From IMG/VR virus record IMGVR_UViG_3300046517_002304, positions 248,001-312,000 of that record: a stretch of DNA of 64,000 bases, one strand, 5' to 3'. Below the pieces are notes generated by a model. It made no database searches and was not told the origin of the DNA. It saw only the letters and a list, made by a program, of their open reading frames with translations. Shown piece after piece: positions 18,934 through 27,639 of the stretch (its first letter is position 1; every line of letters starts with the position of its first letter). The translations under genes and the position numbers were made by a program.

Positions 18934-19122
18934 CTAGAAGCTGGATTTTCGTTCGTCCTGAGGCTTCGGCGGCATCGTCAGGCCATCCTGAAAAATCGCC
19001 CGACTTCGCAGCCATTGCAGCATTCCCTTCCAGCGTTCGGGGGGGATATGGTCGGGGCAACCGAAATCGTATCTGGTACATACCAGAAACGAATCAAGGT
19101 TCATTTTGCTGCAATCAATCAT
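18934..19122 (-). CDS. Hypothetical protein
   Basis: Octamer-bounded ORF. Confidence 0.55.
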   Translation of the reverse strand: MIDCSKMNLDSFLVCTRYDFGCPDHIPPERWKGMLQWLRSRAIFQDGLTMPPKPQDERKSSF

Positions 19123-19173
19123 AATACTATCAAACGGATAACTTAGTTGTTAGCTAGTTATCCGTAGCTTGTG

Positions 19174-19404
19174 TCAGTTGCCGTAAGCAAGGCCCATAGC
19201 AATCAACTCTTCGGCCACGCGCCGGGAAATCCGCAGCGCTCCGACATTGCCATTACGAACAATCGTGAGCTGAGGCCGACAACCATGAAACAAGTTGATA
19301 GTTGGCCGATGATCCGCTTTGGGAAGATTTCGGACTTTGCCGTCAATGCTGCCCTTCGGGAGCAACTCAGCAGCAGAGAAATCGGGGAGTTTACTTTTCG
19401 ACAT
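19174..19404 (-). CDS. Hypothetical protein
   Basis: ORF in co-directional cluster. Confidence 0.65.
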   Translation of the reverse strand: MSKSKLPDFSAAELLPKGSIDGKVRNLPKADHRPTINLFHGCRPQLTIVRNGNVGALRISRRVAEELIAMGLAYGN

Positions 19405-19413
19405 TTTGACCTT

Positions 19414-19698
19414 TCATTCGTAAGATGGAATCTCTTCGTCAATCAGATAATTGCGGCAAAGTTTCAAGGCGTCAATCGCGTTGTCCCGTTCGTTTCGCCA
19501 GAATTTGAGGACTTGCCGCTTGGCATTCTCTGCCGTCAAAAACCAGTAGCCAGTGCCGGCACCCTCTGCATGAGCTATCTGGCCGTTGTCAAAAACTACA
19601 ATCTCTTGATCGTCGTCAATGAGAATGTCTTTATAACAGAGGCCGATGGCACAGCAGTTTTGTTCAACCCATCCGTATACTCGGACTTGCTTGCTCAT
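19414..19698 (-). CDS. Hypothetical protein
   Basis: Follows octamer pair. Confidence 0.7.
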   Translation of the reverse strand: MSKQVRVYGWVEQNCCAIGLCYKDILIDDDQEIVVFDNGQIAHAEGAGTGYWFLTAENAKRQVLKFWRNERDNAIDALKLCRNYLIDEEIPSYE

Positions 19699-19749
19699 AA
19701 TGATTGCTAATGGATAACTAGTTGCCCGCTAGTTATCCATAGCTAGGTT

Positions 19750-19971
19750 TCAATGGATGTGAGTCTGGGACTTAAGTATGATGTCCTGATTTTCCTGTGC
19801 GGTCGCAACGCCCGTCAGAAGTCGGGTAGTGTAGATGACGACGTATCGCGGTTCGCCAGTCATACTATCGTGAGGCAGGTCAATCACTTGCATGCTTTCG
19901 CCAGGGTCAAGATTGCCAAGCAACTCAACCATTGCGTCGTGATTCCGACAGTGATAAACGGCGACAAGCAT
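19750..19971 (-). CDS. Hypothetical protein
   Basis: AAGGA SD supplied by an inverted octamer. Confidence 0.65.
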   Translation of the reverse strand: MLVAVYHCRNHDAMVELLGNLDPGESMQVIDLPHDSMTGEPRYVVIYTTRLLTGVATAQENQDIILKSQTHIH

Positions 19972-19994
19972 TGTGAGTTATCCTTTACTAAAAT

Positions 19995-20068
19995 TGGGGA
20001 TGCTAGGACTCGAACCTAGGACCAAAAAATTATGAGTTTTCTGCTCTGACCAACTGAGCTACACCCCC
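19995..20068 (-). tRNA. tRNA with CAT anticodon (elongator Met or Ile2)
   Basis: Cloverleaf: GGGGGTG/CATCCCC acceptor, CTCATAA loop, GGTTCGAGTCC T-arm; CCA not encoded. Confidence 0.9.
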
Positions 20069-20074
20069 GGTGAT

Positions 20075-20533
20075 TTACGCCGCTCCCGCGACCTTACCCC
20101 GACACTCGGGACCGAAACCTGATTCAATACTCTCGGGAACCGTCAACGTCTTGAGGCAACGCCCGCACCTGCCAGCGTTATGCAACTTGAAACCAGCCGC
20201 CTCAATCGCAGCCGTATCGCCCGCCCATACGCGAGCCAGCACGCGATTAATCAATTTGAACGTCATTGAATCCTTTGTGAATTTTGACAGCTTCGTAATC
20301 GTGACTTCGCCGGTGAAAGCATTGACCTTGCCTACGTCGCTGTAATCCCGTATATTTTCGGGACCAGTCAACTTGCCGACCCACCAAGCCTCCGGAAATT
20401 CTGCCGTTGCTTCCGAATAGTTCACGCGATACGTATAATGAGGCTTGCAGCCGTGTTTCGCCGCGAATTCAGCGGGCAACTCAAGAGTAAAAATTGCCTT
20501 GCCAGCGAGGACGAATTCTTTTGTAATCATCAT
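20075..20533 (-). CDS. DUF6011-like zinc-binding protein
   Basis: CGRC..TLTVPESIESGFGPEC. Confidence 0.7.
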   Translation of the reverse strand: MMITKEFVLAGKAIFTLELPAEFAAKHGCKPHYTYRVNYSEATAEFPEAWWVGKLTGPENIRDYSDVGKVNAFTGEVTITKLSKFTKDSMTFKLINRVLARVWAGDTAAIEAAGFKLHNAGRCGRCLKTLTVPESIESGFGPECRGKVAGAA

Positions 20534-20634
20534 ACACTCCTGTTTTATAATTGACAGAAGGGTAGGGATAACTAAAAGACTCTACGCGGCAGTAGTTCCC
20601 ATGGGCGGGCCTTACCGCGTCAGAGTCCAAAACA

Positions 20635-21027
20635 TCACGCAACCGACGACGACCGCAACCGAGCGACTTCGTTGACGTAGGCAGCGGCTTCCGTATCAAC
20701 CGAAAGATACTCCAGAATTTTCTTGTTGACGATGAACGGAGCAACTCCGACGAATTCCCCGACGTATCCCCGAATCGCCGTGCTATACTTTCCGCAGAGC
20801 GAAAGGGCAACGTGATTGAAGGGGGAAACCTTGCGGTTGAGGATGACTTCATCATCCGACCGCCCGCCGAATCCCAAGGCGCGGGCCTCATTCGCCCGAT
20901 TCTGTTTGTCCTTCAGCAAGTCCAGACGAACCTGAGCCATTGCGACATTCGCCGCTGCCTTTGACTGCTGTTTGGCCGACTTCGGCTGAGTCATGCGAAT
21001 ATGAAGCGTCTTTTCGGTCTTCGCCAT
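20635..21027 (-). CDS. Hypothetical protein
   Basis: SD ACAGGAG. Confidence 0.75.
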   Translation of the reverse strand: MAKTEKTLHIRMTQPKSAKQQSKAAANVAMAQVRLDLLKDKQNRANEARALGFGGRSDDEVILNRKVSPFNHVALSLCGKYSTAIRGYVGEFVGVAPFIVNKKILEYLSVDTEAAAYVNEVARLRSSSVA

Positions 21028-21097
21028 AACTTCTACTCCTGTTTAAGAATTGCCTTGACGAATGAGAATGGATAACTACACTAGCGAAAGTTATCCA

Positions 21098-21334
21098 CTA
21101 TTTCGGCGGTCCCTGATTTTTTACTTCGTCCTGCCACGTTGCTTGCTGCCATTCGTGGCTGAAATCTTCGCAAGCCGCTTCCATCTCGGTGATGACTTCG
21201 CGGCAGGCATCGGTCACACTTACGGCAGCGGCACTATCACGATACCGCTCTTGAATCAATTTTCCCAAAGCACGGCGGGTCACATTGCCGCGATTAAATC
21301 TGAGAATGAGAGCCTCAAGAAATTCATCCATCAT
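21098..21334 (-). CDS. Hypothetical protein
   Basis: ATGA-coupled. Confidence 0.65.
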   Translation of the reverse strand: MMDEFLEALILRFNRGNVTRRALGKLIQERYRDSAAAVSVTDACREVITEMEAACEDFSHEWQQATWQDEVKNQGPPK

Positions 21335-21618
21335 ACCCCCTCTACGGATAACTCAGGTTTTTTGAATTTTACCAACTCGGGAAACAACTCAGTCGCTTGT
21401 GTCGGTTGGCCGAATTTGACCGCTCGTAAAATTGCTCTTGACGGCGGGCCAGTCCATCGCCTCCAATGTGATTTGTCGATACGGTTTAACTCAACCGCCC
21501 GTACCCATTGCCCGCCGATCTTAACCGCTCCATCGTATGAACCGACAAAGCTATAATAATTGGCGTCAGAATTCCGTATGCTTCTGGAAATCGTCTTGCC
21601 TAGGTCGTAGTTGGGCAT
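21331..21618 (-). CDS. Hypothetical protein
   Basis: ATG 10 nt after octamer. Confidence 0.65.
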   Translation of the reverse strand: MPNYDLGKTISRSIRNSDANYYSFVGSYDGAVKIGGQWVRAVELNRIDKSHWRRWTGPPSRAILRAVKFGQPTQATELFPELVKFKKPELSVEGV

Positions 21619-21635
21619 GGAGTTTAAGGGATAAC

Positions 21636-22217
21636 TCAGTGTCTCTTTGCCTTGGCACGAAGATAGGCGTCTTCCCACGCATACGCCTCTTCTGCCGTGA
21701 CCGTGCCGCCGATTGCATTGAACATTGCATTCAGCTTGCGATTGTATTCAGCAGCATGCCGACGAACAACGGCAGGATTTGCCTCACCGTCGCAATGCAG
21801 AGTCTCGGGTTCAAGTGCCGCATAGCAAGCAACGATTGCCGCCATGATAGCCTTATCAATATTGGATTGCAGAATCGGATGGAAAACCGAATTTGCTGGT
21901 TGAACGCGACCGACCCCGAGCAACTTCATTGCGTCAACCGTCGCAACGTCAGCGGCGGTCAGCGTCACCTTTTCGCGGGGAGTTTCGGTCTTCTGCGAAG
22001 TAACCCGAGCAACGTCTGCCTCTGTTGCGGGAGTAAGCATTTCATAAGGGACAACCCAAATTGACCCTACTTCGCTGCCACGCCCGTACCCGCGTTGCTC
22101 CAATATGCGAACTTTCGCTTTGACGCGGTTACGCTTGAAAATTTTAGCGATAGTCCTTTGACCATTTTCGCGGCCAAAGCTCACCGGCATTCCGTCGTAT
22201 GCTTGTTCGTAATTCAT
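21636..22217 (-). CDS. Hypothetical protein (LEPETLHCDGE motif)
   Basis: ATG 10 nt after octamer; stop in octamer. Confidence 0.75.
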   Translation of the reverse strand: MNYEQAYDGMPVSFGRENGQRTIAKIFKRNRVKAKVRILEQRGYGRGSEVGSIWVVPYEMLTPATEADVARVTSQKTETPREKVTLTAADVATVDAMKLLGVGRVQPANSVFHPILQSNIDKAIMAAIVACYAALEPETLHCDGEANPAVVRRHAAEYNRKLNAMFNAIGGTVTAEEAYAWEDAYLRAKAKRH

Positions 22218-22227
22218 ATTTGCCAAT

Positions 22228-22368
22228 GGATAACTCATCGCCGCCTAGTTATCCATATCTTAGGTACGTAGCAGATATTGTTGTACTAGGATTTTCTAAT
22301 GTTGTACTCTAGTTATGGATAACTGGCCAGGACTACAGGCCAAAAAATTAGCCCCCGTTTAGCCGGGG
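22228..22368. repeat. Long intergenic element copy 4
   Basis: First ~40 bp identical to copy 3; 78-bp unit 22247-22324; terminator. Confidence 0.85.
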
Positions 22369-22600
22369 GAACGCTGACGCTCATTAGCCGCGAGCGACGA
22401 CAGCAAGGTGTAAGGGATAACTCAGTCAAACAAATCCCGCTTTGCCTGATAGCCGTCATCTTCCGGCCCCCAGGTATTTTCGCAGTTGCCGTGTTCGTCA
22501 ATGTAACGAATCACGCCAGTAAGGTCAAGCTGAAGACAACCGCCGTCTTCCATTTCCAACTCTTGCATAATCAGGACTCCTTTAATTGTTAAGGGATAAC

Positions 22601-22789
22601 TCAGACGGGAACGTGAATGAATTCAATCGTTACGTGCTGGCGGGCAAATCTTCGGGCTTCCTCAATCGCCTCTAGTAAGTTATGATTAGAAGCGATTCCA
22701 AGCATTACGCCCCCTTCGTCGCGGGGAGCATTGCCGAAAATGTCATACCCTCTATAATCATTCGCTTGCACGTAAATCGCCGTAATCAT
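22601..22789 (-). CDS. Hypothetical protein
   Basis: Coupled; stop in octamer. Confidence 0.65.
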   Translation of the reverse strand: MITAIYVQANDYRGYDIFGNAPRDEGGVMLGIASNHNLLEAIEEARRFARQHVTIEFIHVPV

Positions 22790-23451
22790 TTTTCACCACC
22801 TACAAGAGACAGCAGCAATTCGGCGACGGCATTGTTTGTGAAGCGGGTAAGTTTCAAGTCCCTGATCGTGTTGACTCGGGGCTGGCAGTATTCGGCGAAC
22901 GCGGCGGAAATTTCCACAAGCTGATGATTGACTTCAACCAGATTCAACAGGTCGCGGTCAATCGCCTTGATGTATTCCTCTTTCTCGGTGAGTTGCTTCA
23001 CCACTTCAGCAAAAATGCCGTTGTAGCTTCGCCAATCGGGATTGTCCCAATCCTTAGACAAGTAGGTAGAAAGCCTATCGTCGCAACCGATGACCGCCTC
23101 ACGCAAGTAATACTGAGGACCGTCGCCCTTGCTTCGCTCAATCTGTTTGAGCATTTTATTCGACAGCAATTCGGCGGGATAGTAAACTTCACCGCCCCAA
23201 ATTTTGACGCGGACGTTGTAGTTCTCATTCTCCAGAATGACGCTCCACCCCTTGGCGAATGGGTTGTCTGATTTCGCCAAATCGGCCTTGAATTCGCGGA
23301 CCAGCACGTTATCCACACGAACACGATGCTTGATACGGTTCAGGGTGCCGATGAGAATCCCGAGGAGGAAACTTTCAACCTCTGCCACGAGGCGAGCACG
23401 GCGAAGATTCTTTTCGGCTGCAATCGTTTGCGGGAGCGGTGCGAATTCCAT
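22786..23451 (-). CDS. Hypothetical protein
   Basis: SD CAGGAG; 221 aa. Confidence 0.8.
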   Translation of the reverse strand: MEFAPLPQTIAAEKNLRRARLVAEVESFLLGILIGTLNRIKHRVRVDNVLVREFKADLAKSDNPFAKGWSVILENENYNVRVKIWGGEVYYPAELLSNKMLKQIERSKGDGPQYYLREAVIGCDDRLSTYLSKDWDNPDWRSYNGIFAEVVKQLTEKEEYIKAIDRDLLNLVEVNHQLVEISAAFAEYCQPRVNTIRDLKLTRFTNNAVAELLLSLVGGEK

Positions 23452-23491
23452 GGGATACTCCTGAGTAATGTTGACGAAAGTTAAAGGATAA

Positions 23492-23776
23492 CTATTCGCT
23501 CACGTAGACTTTGCCGTGAGCGATGTAGTCCAGTGCCGTCGCCCAATCGCATCGCGGCTCTTCGCAAATGATCGTTGTCTTGCCGTCAAACGTGACCCCG
23601 ACAGAAATCAGTCTATCAGGATTTGTCGGAAGGGCCAGCAGAGTAATATTACGCTGCCGCCACTTGTTGACGGTGGCTCCGATGAGCGGAAGCTGTACGA
23701 TTTCTTCCATGCTCAACGTGGTATTGTTATGAATCTGCATAACGGCCTGATTGTTTGTTTTCATAATGAGCATCAA
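23492..23776 (-). CDS. Hypothetical protein
   Basis: Octamer-bounded ORF. Confidence 0.65.
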   Translation of the reverse strand: MMLIMKTNNQAVMQIHNNTTLSMEEIVQLPLIGATVNKWRQRNITLLALPTNPDRLISVGVTFDGKTTIICEEPRCDWATALDYIAHGKVYVSE

Positions 23777-23872
23777 GGGATAACTGAAAAATTGGCGGGC
23801 CAGCTTGCGTTCAGTATTATCGGGCGTTCCCTAACCTACTAGCAAGCCGTTCCCCGCCGTGAGATCAGTAAT

Positions 23873-23976
23873 GGATAACTAGCTGGCCTCATAGTTATCC
23901 ATATCTTAGGTACAGAGCAATTTTTAATTCTTATAATGAAATAAAAAAACGCCAGCGGGTGATTCCCGCCAGCGTT
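23873..23976. repeat. Long intergenic element copy 5 (single arm) plus terminator
   Basis: GGATAACT-12 nt-AGTTATCCATATCTTAGGTAC. Confidence 0.75.
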
Positions 23977-24197
23977 ATCAAATTCTAGCCCTCAAGGTTC
24001 TAACCTATCTAAACAAACCCCGATGTATAGTATGGCAGGCCGCTCTGCCGGCGCGACGGCACTAGGGAGAATGATGATTGATCTATGCTACATAGTAGGC
24101 TCCGGGCTAGTGGAGCAAAGCATAGCAAAATCAGCAGTGGAAGAAAAATAAACATAATGATTCCGAGGTTTTTGGCAGTTGCACACTATACTAAAGC

Positions 24198-24677
24198 ATG
24201 CAAAAGTTTAACTGCGGGACTTGTGGAAAAGAAGTTTATCGACCGACTTGGAGAATCAAAAAATGTTTAACTGGCATTTTTTACTGTAGCCAGAAATGTT
24301 GCTGTGATGCTAATAACAAAAAAAAGGCGGATCAGGTTAGTGGTATGAGAAAAGGCGAAGTACTAAACCACTGTTCCACGTCCAGTAGGTTCGCAACGAT
24401 ACGGAAAAATGCTAGGCGAACATACCTTGCGTCAGACAAACCTAAGTGCTGCCTAGTATGCGGGTATTCTAAGCATATTGAAATTTGCCATGTTCAGGGG
24501 ATTACAACATTCCCCGATGAGACGAAGTTAATCGTTATCAACGATCTGACAAATCTCGTTGCTTTATGTCCGACCCATCATTGGGAGTTAGACAATAAGC
24601 AGCTTGACGAAGAAATACTCCCGGAAAGATTCGCACTTTCGACCCCCGGGTTAGAAACCCGATGCTCTATCTGCTGA
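24198..24677 (+). CDS. HNH endonuclease with N-terminal Cys-rich zinc finger
   Basis: CLVC...EICHV...NLVALCPTHH; antisense to surrounding genes. Confidence 0.8.
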   Translation: MQKFNCGTCGKEVYRPTWRIKKCLTGIFYCSQKCCCDANNKKKADQVSGMRKGEVLNHCSTSSRFATIRKNARRTYLASDKPKCCLVCGYSKHIEICHVQGITTFPDETKLIVINDLTNLVALCPTHHWELDNKQLDEEILPERFALSTPGLETRCSIC

Positions 24678-24688
24678 GCTACGAGAGC
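24616..24688 (-). tRNA. tRNA-Arg(TCT)
   Basis: Cloverleaf: GCTCTCG/CGGGAGT acceptor, TTTCTAA loop; atypical T-loop TGCGAAT. Confidence 0.85.
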
Positions 24689-24744
24689 AACTGACAGACA
24701 ACAATGGATAACTCAGGAGTTCCTGAGTTATCCTTACCTGAAAT

Positions 24745-24957
24745 TCAAGCGACAACTTTTCCGTGTCTGATCCAGTCCAGTTCGCCACCGAAACACGATA
24801 CGGATGAACCGTCAGGAAAAGCCACTAAGTAATGAGCACGATTTGACATCATTTTCTTGCTCTTCACGCGACCAACCTTGTTGGTTCGCTCATAGAGCAC
24901 CGGGTCACCGACATTATGCTCGGGAACGAATTCCGCACGATAGCCAACAGACTTCAT
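24745..24957 (-). CDS. Hypothetical protein
   Basis: SD ACAGGAG before MKSVGY. Confidence 0.65.
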   Translation of the reverse strand: MKSVGYRAEFVPEHNVGDPVLYERTNKVGRVKSKKMMSNRAHYLVAFPDGSSVSCFGGELDWIRHGKVVA

Positions 24958-25006
24958 AATCGTTGCTCCTGTAGAGTTGTGGACTTGATGCCTGTTAAGG
25001 GATAAC

Positions 25007-25297
25007 TCAGGATTCGGTGGAATGAACAATCAGGATATAGCTCTGACTCTCTTCCGGCGATGAACCAGCAACGTAAAATTGCCCGTCCATCAGGCAGTCC
25101 TCAAATTCGTCGGGAGTCATCACGTTTTCAATGCCGGGGGACGATTCTTTCGCCCACTTCAGGAATAGCTCTTCCGCTTGGCTATTCCCATCCTTATCGT
25201 CGGGGAAGGATGCCAGCTTGTCTACAACTGACTTATCGCTCACCCAAATCACGTTGACGGTTTTAAGCACGGCAATTACTCCAAAAGAAAAGACCAC
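25007..25297 (-). CDS. Hypothetical protein
   Basis: Stop in octamer. Confidence 0.6.
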   Translation of the reverse strand: MVFSFGVIAVLKTVNVIWVSDKSVVDKLASFPDDKDGNSQAEELFLKWAKESSPGIENVMTPDEFEDCLMDGQFYVAGSSPEESQSYILIVHSTES

Positions 25298-25394
25298 CCG
25301 CCACTCCCTGTAAACTCACAATGAGCACCTGAGGGTTTAGGCAGAATGGGTCGTATTATATGGACCGCTTAGCATGCAAGGTTAAGGGATAACT

Positions 25395-25677
25395 GTGTCC
25401 GCTGGTTTTATCTCTTGCTTTCATCGCAACGGGGATACGTTATCCAATAGCGTTGCAGTCATTACGACAAGCCTATTATCCAACTGTCATCACAATTTAG
25501 CAAGGCTCCAACCTTGGATTTAGCCATCGGCACCTACGACGATGGACTTACAGGACTCCAACTGCCTCTAGATTTCACCCGCTCCGCGAGAGCTATTCGG
25601 ATTCACTGGCTCTAGACGCCCAATGTTAAAGCCGCTTCATCGCATTGCGATACCTCACGACTTCAACACTGTATCAT
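25395..25677 (-). ncRNA. Candidate structured ncRNA
   Basis: Octamer-bounded, no long ORF, several complementary helices. Confidence 0.4.
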
Positions 25678-25878
25678 GGATAACTACTTGCGCTTCCGGC
25701 GACCGACGTTCAACAGCGTGCGGTCCTCAAATCCGAGTTTCACGCCATGAACGCGACACACCTGAGCCACCGCTTGAATGAGCTGACGGCCCTGTTCCGA
25801 TTTTGTCGGCTTGCAACTTTTCGCCATGACTCTATTCTCCAGAATGGAAATTGATTTGTCTGATTGACAATGGATAAC

Positions 25879-26148
25879 TCAGCCGCGATTGTCCTCTTGC
25901 CCCTCAACCAACATTGCGGGGACAGTGATGCGACCAGTCAGCATGCCCATCATCGCCCGCCGTGGTGCCGCATAGGTTTCGTAATCAATGCTCAACGCTG
26001 GCGTAGCGACTACCAGATCGGTGCGAGTGACGTAGAAGTATTTCGGGTATTTCAGAGGATTGAAATTGAAGAACGTCTGAAATTGTTCAAGCGTGCGGCT
26101 GGCGTTGCGGTAAACGTAGCCAGAGGCTCTGAGTACTTCAGGATTCAT
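25879..26148 (-). CDS. Hypothetical protein
   Basis: AAGGA SD; stop in octamer. Confidence 0.7.
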   Translation of the reverse strand: MNPEVLRASGYVYRNASRTLEQFQTFFNFNPLKYPKYFYVTRTDLVVATPALSIDYETYAAPRRAMMGMLTGRITVPAMLVEGQEDNRG

Positions 26149-26178
26149 AATCGGTTCCTTTAATTACTAAAGGATAAC

Positions 26179-26442
26179 TCAGCCGCGAAGATACAGCCGT
26201 TCACCCTTCACGATGACGTAGCAACTGCCGGCGTTGCTGTAGCAGATACAGTAAACGCGATACAGCTTCGTATCGCCGTTGAAGCGGAGCATTTTGTCAG
26301 TGCTGATTTTGCTACCGTAGCCGTCTTCCCCTTGCCCTGGGGCTAACTGAAGCATACCACGGCGAGGAACAGGCCGCTCAATCAACTCATAGTTGTCGGC
26401 GTATGTAATCGCCGGGCCACAAGATCCAGAGAGGATAGACAT
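26179..26442 (-). CDS. Phage hypothetical protein (GYG.KI.T...RVYCICYSNAGS motif)
   Basis: SD GGAG; stop in octamer. Confidence 0.75.
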   Translation of the reverse strand: MSILSGSCGPAITYADNYELIERPVPRRGMLQLAPGQGEDGYGSKISTDKMLRFNGDTKLYRVYCICYSNAGSCYVIVKGERLYLRG

Positions 26443-26525
26443 TGAATACTCCGGTGATTTGTAAGGGGGATTTACATCATGGCGACTGTCGAACCCGCCG
26501 CGATAACCCCCAGATGCAGGACGAT

Positions 26526-26722
26526 GGATAACTAGCTGCCCCCATAGTTATCCATAGCTAAGGTACGGACTATCATTTAGATTCCCCTGCTAGTTATCCA
26601 TAGCTAAGGTACGGAACAATACTAGGATGCCCCCGTTAGTTATCCATAGCTTAGGTCCGGCCGAACATAGCTGGGGCCAGTCGAAATAAAAAATGCCCCT
26701 CAGCCAATCAAGGCTGAGGGGA
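26526..26722. repeat. Three direct repeats TAGTTATCCATAGCT(A/T)AGGT at 46-bp period, plus terminator
   Basis: Octamers at 26546, 26592, 26638. Confidence 0.85.
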
Positions 26723-26801
26723 CTAACTAAGGCGGGACATTATGCCCGCAATCGTGGAGGTCCGCCAATCAGGCGGGCCAGTTGAGTCTAACTATGGATA
26801 A

Positions 26802-27590
26802 CTATTCGTCGCTCTCTTCCCATTCTTCATCCCGAGCAACTTCAGCCGTTGCCGTGCTCCGCCCCGGTGCCGCTGTCTTTTCTACCGTAATATAATTCAG
26901 GACACGCATAGACCGCGTATCGCGGACATACTCTAGGTTTCGCTCCTGTTGTAATTCGTGCGGTAGCTTGGCGTATGACGACGGGTAGAGGGAGGGGTCC
27001 AATACCCAAACGGTTTCGGCCTCCAATCCCTTAGCTTTATGCGTCGTCGTCAACAATACCGCGTGCTTTACGTCGCCGGCGTCATTGACTTCCGCGAAGA
27101 TACTGCTAATTAATTCCTTCAACGCTTTCGCAGTATCGGTCCCCTCAGTCAGAGCGATGAGAGTATCGCATTTATCATTAAGAGTTTCCGCCGCACGACC
27201 CGCATTTTTCCGCTTTTCCAGTTTCGTCAACTCCCGACCGCGATATGTTTCAATCCGTTCAATGAGAGTCGGGATATCGTCGGTCTTCATCCGATCAATC
27301 AGATTGATGAGGCCCTCCCCAAAATCGTTGCGGCCTGCAATCTGGACTTTGAGATGACGCCTCAGAAGTTTCCAGACAAGCGTTGCAAGGGGAGCATTGT
27401 TCCGACATTGAACCATATCCCCTGGGGCAATCAAATCAATCGCCGCTGCCAGAGGCATCGTATTGACTTCCCCCTGAGGGGCTGATGCCATTGCTTCAAA
27501 GGCAGGAACGAACGCCTGAGCAATTTCAACGTGCGACTTCGGGCACCGTCGCGTCTTCGTCAGCGTCAAGAGAGTCAAGCCGCGAGACAT
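26802..27590 (-). CDS. UvrD/Rep-like SF1 helicase, C-terminal part
   Basis: Motifs IV (TRRCP), V (TTHKAKGLE), VI (ERNLEYVRDTRS). Confidence 0.85.
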   Translation of the reverse strand: MSRGLTLLTLTKTRRCPKSHVEIAQAFVPAFEAMASAPQGEVNTMPLAAAIDLIAPGDMVQCRNNAPLATLVWKLLRRHLKVQIAGRNDFGEGLINLIDRMKTDDIPTLIERIETYRGRELTKLEKRKNAGRAAETLNDKCDTLIALTEGTDTAKALKELISSIFAEVNDAGDVKHAVLLTTTHKAKGLEAETVWVLDPSLYPSSYAKLPHELQQERNLEYVRDTRSMRVLNYITVEKTAAPGRSTATAEVARDEEWEESDE

Positions 27591-27639
27591 ACTTGTTATC
27601 CTTTAAAAGTGTGCGGAGTTGATGGAAGTTAAAGGATAA

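Noticed and set aside
23977-24197. Possible intron or ncRNA upstream of the HNH gene
   Set aside because: A few hairpins are present, but no group I/II core elements could be identified by eye.
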